Translations under genes and position numbers: made by a program
Assembly (NCBI GenBank): GCA_964619155.1
Contig: CAZUEM010000004.1
Coordinates: 1 to 54,367, forward strand
Direction: 5' to 3'
Length of the DNA: 54,367 nt
Source: an uncultured bacterium
GTDB lineage: Bacteria > Eisenbacteria > RBG-16-71-46
In this document: one piece after another, positions 52,354-54,367 of the stretch
Numbering within the stretch: the first letter of the stretch is position 1
Layout: each line of letters opens with the position of its first letter
The notes under the pieces: model-generated
The model's database searches: none
Told to the model about the DNA's origin: nothing
Seen by the model: the letters and a program-made list of their open reading frames with translations, nothing else

Positions 52354-52862
52354 GCGTCCGCCGCGTCACCCCGGAGCCGCTCGACGCCGCCGCGTTCGCG
52401 CCGTTCGGCCAGGTCGTGGCCGCGCCGGCCGAGGCGGGCCGTCGGGTGAACCTCGGCACGGCGGGGCGCAGCGACCGCGTCGTCGCTCCCGAGAACACCC
52501 GCGCCGCGGCGGAGCCCAACGTGGCCGTCTTCCGCTGCGATCCCCAGGAGCTGCCGTTTCGCGTCACGCTGTTCGAGCGTCACCCGCACTCGAGCCAGCT
52601 CTTCGCGTCGCTGCGCGGCGGCGACTGGCTGGTCGTGGTCGCGCCCGCGGCGCCCGGCGGAGGTCCCGACGCGGCCGGCGCGCGCGCGTTCCTCTGCGGG
52701 CCGGGGCGGGGGGTGAACCTCGCGCGCGGCGTCTGGCACCACCCCGTGGTCGCGCTCGGCGCGCCCGCGGAGCTGCTCATGCTCGCCTGGGAGGACGGCG
52801 GCCCCGGCGACTGCGAAGAGCACGTCCTCGCGGCGCCCTTCGAGGTCGGGCCAGGGGCGTGA
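52350..52862 (+). CDS. allA: Ureidoglycolate lyase
   Basis: GTG 52350 overlaps the uraH stop (GTGA). 170 aa with FAPFGQVV, FERHPHSSQLF and GVWHHP, motifs typical of the ureidoglycolate lyase/hydrolase family. Confidence 0.8.
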   Translation: MSVRRVTPEPLDAAAFAPFGQVVAAPAEAGRRVNLGTAGRSDRVVAPENTRAAAEPNVAVFRCDPQELPFRVTLFERHPHSSQLFASLRGGDWLVVVAPAAPGGGPDAAGARAFLCGPGRGVNLARGVWHHPVVALGAPAELLMLAWEDGGPGDCEEHVLAAPFEVGPGA

Positions 52863-52867
52863 AGAAG

Positions 52868-52887
52868 CCCGCCCCCGCGCGGGCGGG
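52868..52887. terminator. Weak hairpin between convergent allA and gltA
   Basis: 7-bp stem cccgccc / gggcggg with a 6-nt loop. No U-tract. Weak evidence. Confidence 0.25.
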
Positions 52888-52922
52888 GACGGGCTCCGGT
52901 GAGGCGGTCTTCCGGGCCGGCG

Positions 52923-54212
52923 CTACCCGGCCGTCTTGTACTCGCGCTTTGTCGCGCCCGTGTACACCTGCCGCGGGCGGCAGATCTTGAAGTCCGGGTC
53001 GCGGCGCATCTCGAGCCACTGCGCGATCCAGCCGGGCATGCGGCCCATGGCGAACATCACCGTGAACATGTTCACCGGGATGCCGAGCGCCTTGTAGATG
53101 ACGCCCGAGTAGAAGTCGACGTTCGGGTAGAGCTTGCGCGACACGAAGTAGTCGTCGTGCAGCGCGATCTCCTCGAGCTTCATCGCGATCTCGAGCAGGC
53201 GGCTGGACATGCCCACGCGCTTGATGACCTCCTCGCAGTGCTTCTTGAGGATCGCGGCGCGCGGGTCGTAGTTCTTGTAGACGCGGTGCCCGAAGCCCAT
53301 GAGGCGCGTCGTGTCGTTCTTGTCCTTCGCCTTGAACAGGAACTTCTCGGCGCTGCCCTCCTCGGCCTCGATGCGCTCCAGCATCTCGATGACCTCCTGG
53401 TTGGCGCCGCCGTGCAACGGGCCCCAGAGGGCGCTGATGCCGGCCGAGATGCTCGCGTACAGGTTCGCGCGCGAGCTGCCGACCATGCGGACCGTGCTGG
53501 TCGAGCAGTTCTGCTCGTGGTCCGCGTGCAGGATGAGCAGCATGTCGAGCGTGCGCGCCAGCACCGGGTCGGGCTGGTAGTCCTCGCACGGCGTCGCGAA
53601 CATCATGTGCAGGAAGTTCGAGGCGTAGTCGAGATTGTTCTTCGGGTACATCGACGGCTGCCCGATCGAGTGCTTGTACGCGTAGGCCGCGATGGTCGGG
53701 ATCTTGGCGATGAGCCGGACCACGGAGTCGCTGACGTTCGCGTCCGTCTCGGGCGCCTGGTAGAAGGTCGTCAGCGCGGCGACCGACGAGGCGCACACCG
53801 CCATGGGGTGGGCGTCCTTCGGGAACGCCTCGAAGAAGCGGCGGAAGTTCTCGTGCAGCAGCGTGTGGTGCGTGACCGAGTTGCGGAAGTCCTCGAGCTG
53901 CTTCGGCGTCGGCAACTCGCCGTAGATCAGCAGCCACGCGACCTCGAGGAACGAGGCCTTCTCCGCCAGCTCGTCGATGGGGTAGCCGCGGTAGCGAAGG
54001 ATGCCCTTGTCGCCGTCGATGAACGTGATGGAGCTCCGGCAGGAGCCCGTGTTTCCGTAGCCCGGGTCCAGCGTGATGAGGCCGGTCTGCGCCCGCAGCT
54101 TCTCGATGTTGATGGCGGTTTCGCCCTCGCTGCCCTGGATGACGGGAAGCGGGATCGTCTTGCCGCCGAACGAAATCGTCGCTTCGTTCTGGGGCACGGT
54201 CTGGGTCGGCAT
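52923..54212 (-). CDS. gltA: Citrate synthase (type II)
   Basis: ATG 54212 (MPTQTVPQNE) with GGAGG about 8 nt upstream. The ORF-track start at 54251 is an alternative. Motifs: GILRYRGYPIDELA, HADHEQNCSTSTVR, GPLHGGANQ and GFGHRVYKNYDPRA. Confidence 0.92.
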   Translation of the reverse strand: MPTQTVPQNEATISFGGKTIPLPVIQGSEGETAINIEKLRAQTGLITLDPGYGNTGSCRSSITFIDGDKGILRYRGYPIDELAEKASFLEVAWLLIYGELPTPKQLEDFRNSVTHHTLLHENFRRFFEAFPKDAHPMAVCASSVAALTTFYQAPETDANVSDSVVRLIAKIPTIAAYAYKHSIGQPSMYPKNNLDYASNFLHMMFATPCEDYQPDPVLARTLDMLLILHADHEQNCSTSTVRMVGSSRANLYASISAGISALWGPLHGGANQEVIEMLERIEAEEGSAEKFLFKAKDKNDTTRLMGFGHRVYKNYDPRAAILKKHCEEVIKRVGMSSRLLEIAMKLEEIALHDDYFVSRKLYPNVDFYSGVIYKALGIPVNMFTVMFAMGRMPGWIAQWLEMRRDPDFKICRPRQVYTGATKREYKTAG

Positions 54213-54367
54213 TGGGAACCCCTCCGCGGAGCGGACCGCGTGGTACGTCATGGCCCCCGGGCGATGCTCCGCTCCTCGATCGCCGGGACCTCGATTGGTC
54301 GGCTTTGCTCGCCGTCCCGACGCGCGGGCGGCGATGCGGCGCGCAGTGTAGCAGGACTCGCGCGCCG

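Overview
Very GC-rich bacterial chromosomal window (by eye about 70% GC or more, not computed). Gene density is high and many adjacent genes share 1-4 nt start/stop overlaps. I support about 45 CDS, 3 tRNA genes (Gly-CCC, Pro-GGG, Pro-CGG, all with encoded CCA), several GC-rich intrinsic-terminator-like hairpins, and one recoding signal. I saw no rRNA, CRISPR array, transposase, integrase or phage genes. Layout: (i) 1-18.2 kb is housekeeping: cyclophilin, pgeF, a large PpiD/SurA-like chaperone, mutL-miaA, der-plsY-gpsA, a MerR regulator, an LpxL-like acyltransferase, GT2, surE-pcm, acyP with a sigma-70 factor, and apt. (ii) 18.3-28.3 kb is a secreted/envelope block: a thioredoxin-TPR protein, a thioesterase, a PA-domain metalloprotease, glnS, and a 1146-aa protein with 8 repeats plus an esterase domain. 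Two of these exported proteins share a C-terminal sorting-like domain. (iii) 28.3-33.1 kb encodes an NAD-type formate dehydrogenase. It is fissioned and order-permuted, and its catalytic subunit contains an in-frame UGA (selenocysteine) followed by an fdhF-like SECIS hairpin, so the ORF track splits it into two ORFs. (iv) 33.2-35.2 kb is an OPT transporter. (v) 35.3-43.7 kb is a seven-gene minus-strand accessory cluster: NadE-like PP-loop enzyme, AsnB-like amidotransferase, adenylate-forming ligase, carrier protein, SGNH-like lipoprotein, two-lobed GNAT and MOP flippase. I read it as a carrier-protein-dependent envelope decoration system of unknown product, and it is my best candidate for an undescribed system. 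(vi) 44.0-47.7 kb holds a cpgS-like P-loop protein, rocD and argF. (vii) 47.8-52.9 kb holds a complete urate-to-glyoxylate pathway: puuD, allB, a fused alc-uraD, uraH and allA. (viii) gltA closes the window. The many 400-1400-aa ORFs on opposite strands or alternative frames are Arg/Ala/Gly/Pro-rich high-GC shadow ORFs, and I rejected them. All functional calls come from reading motifs by eye. No database search was run.
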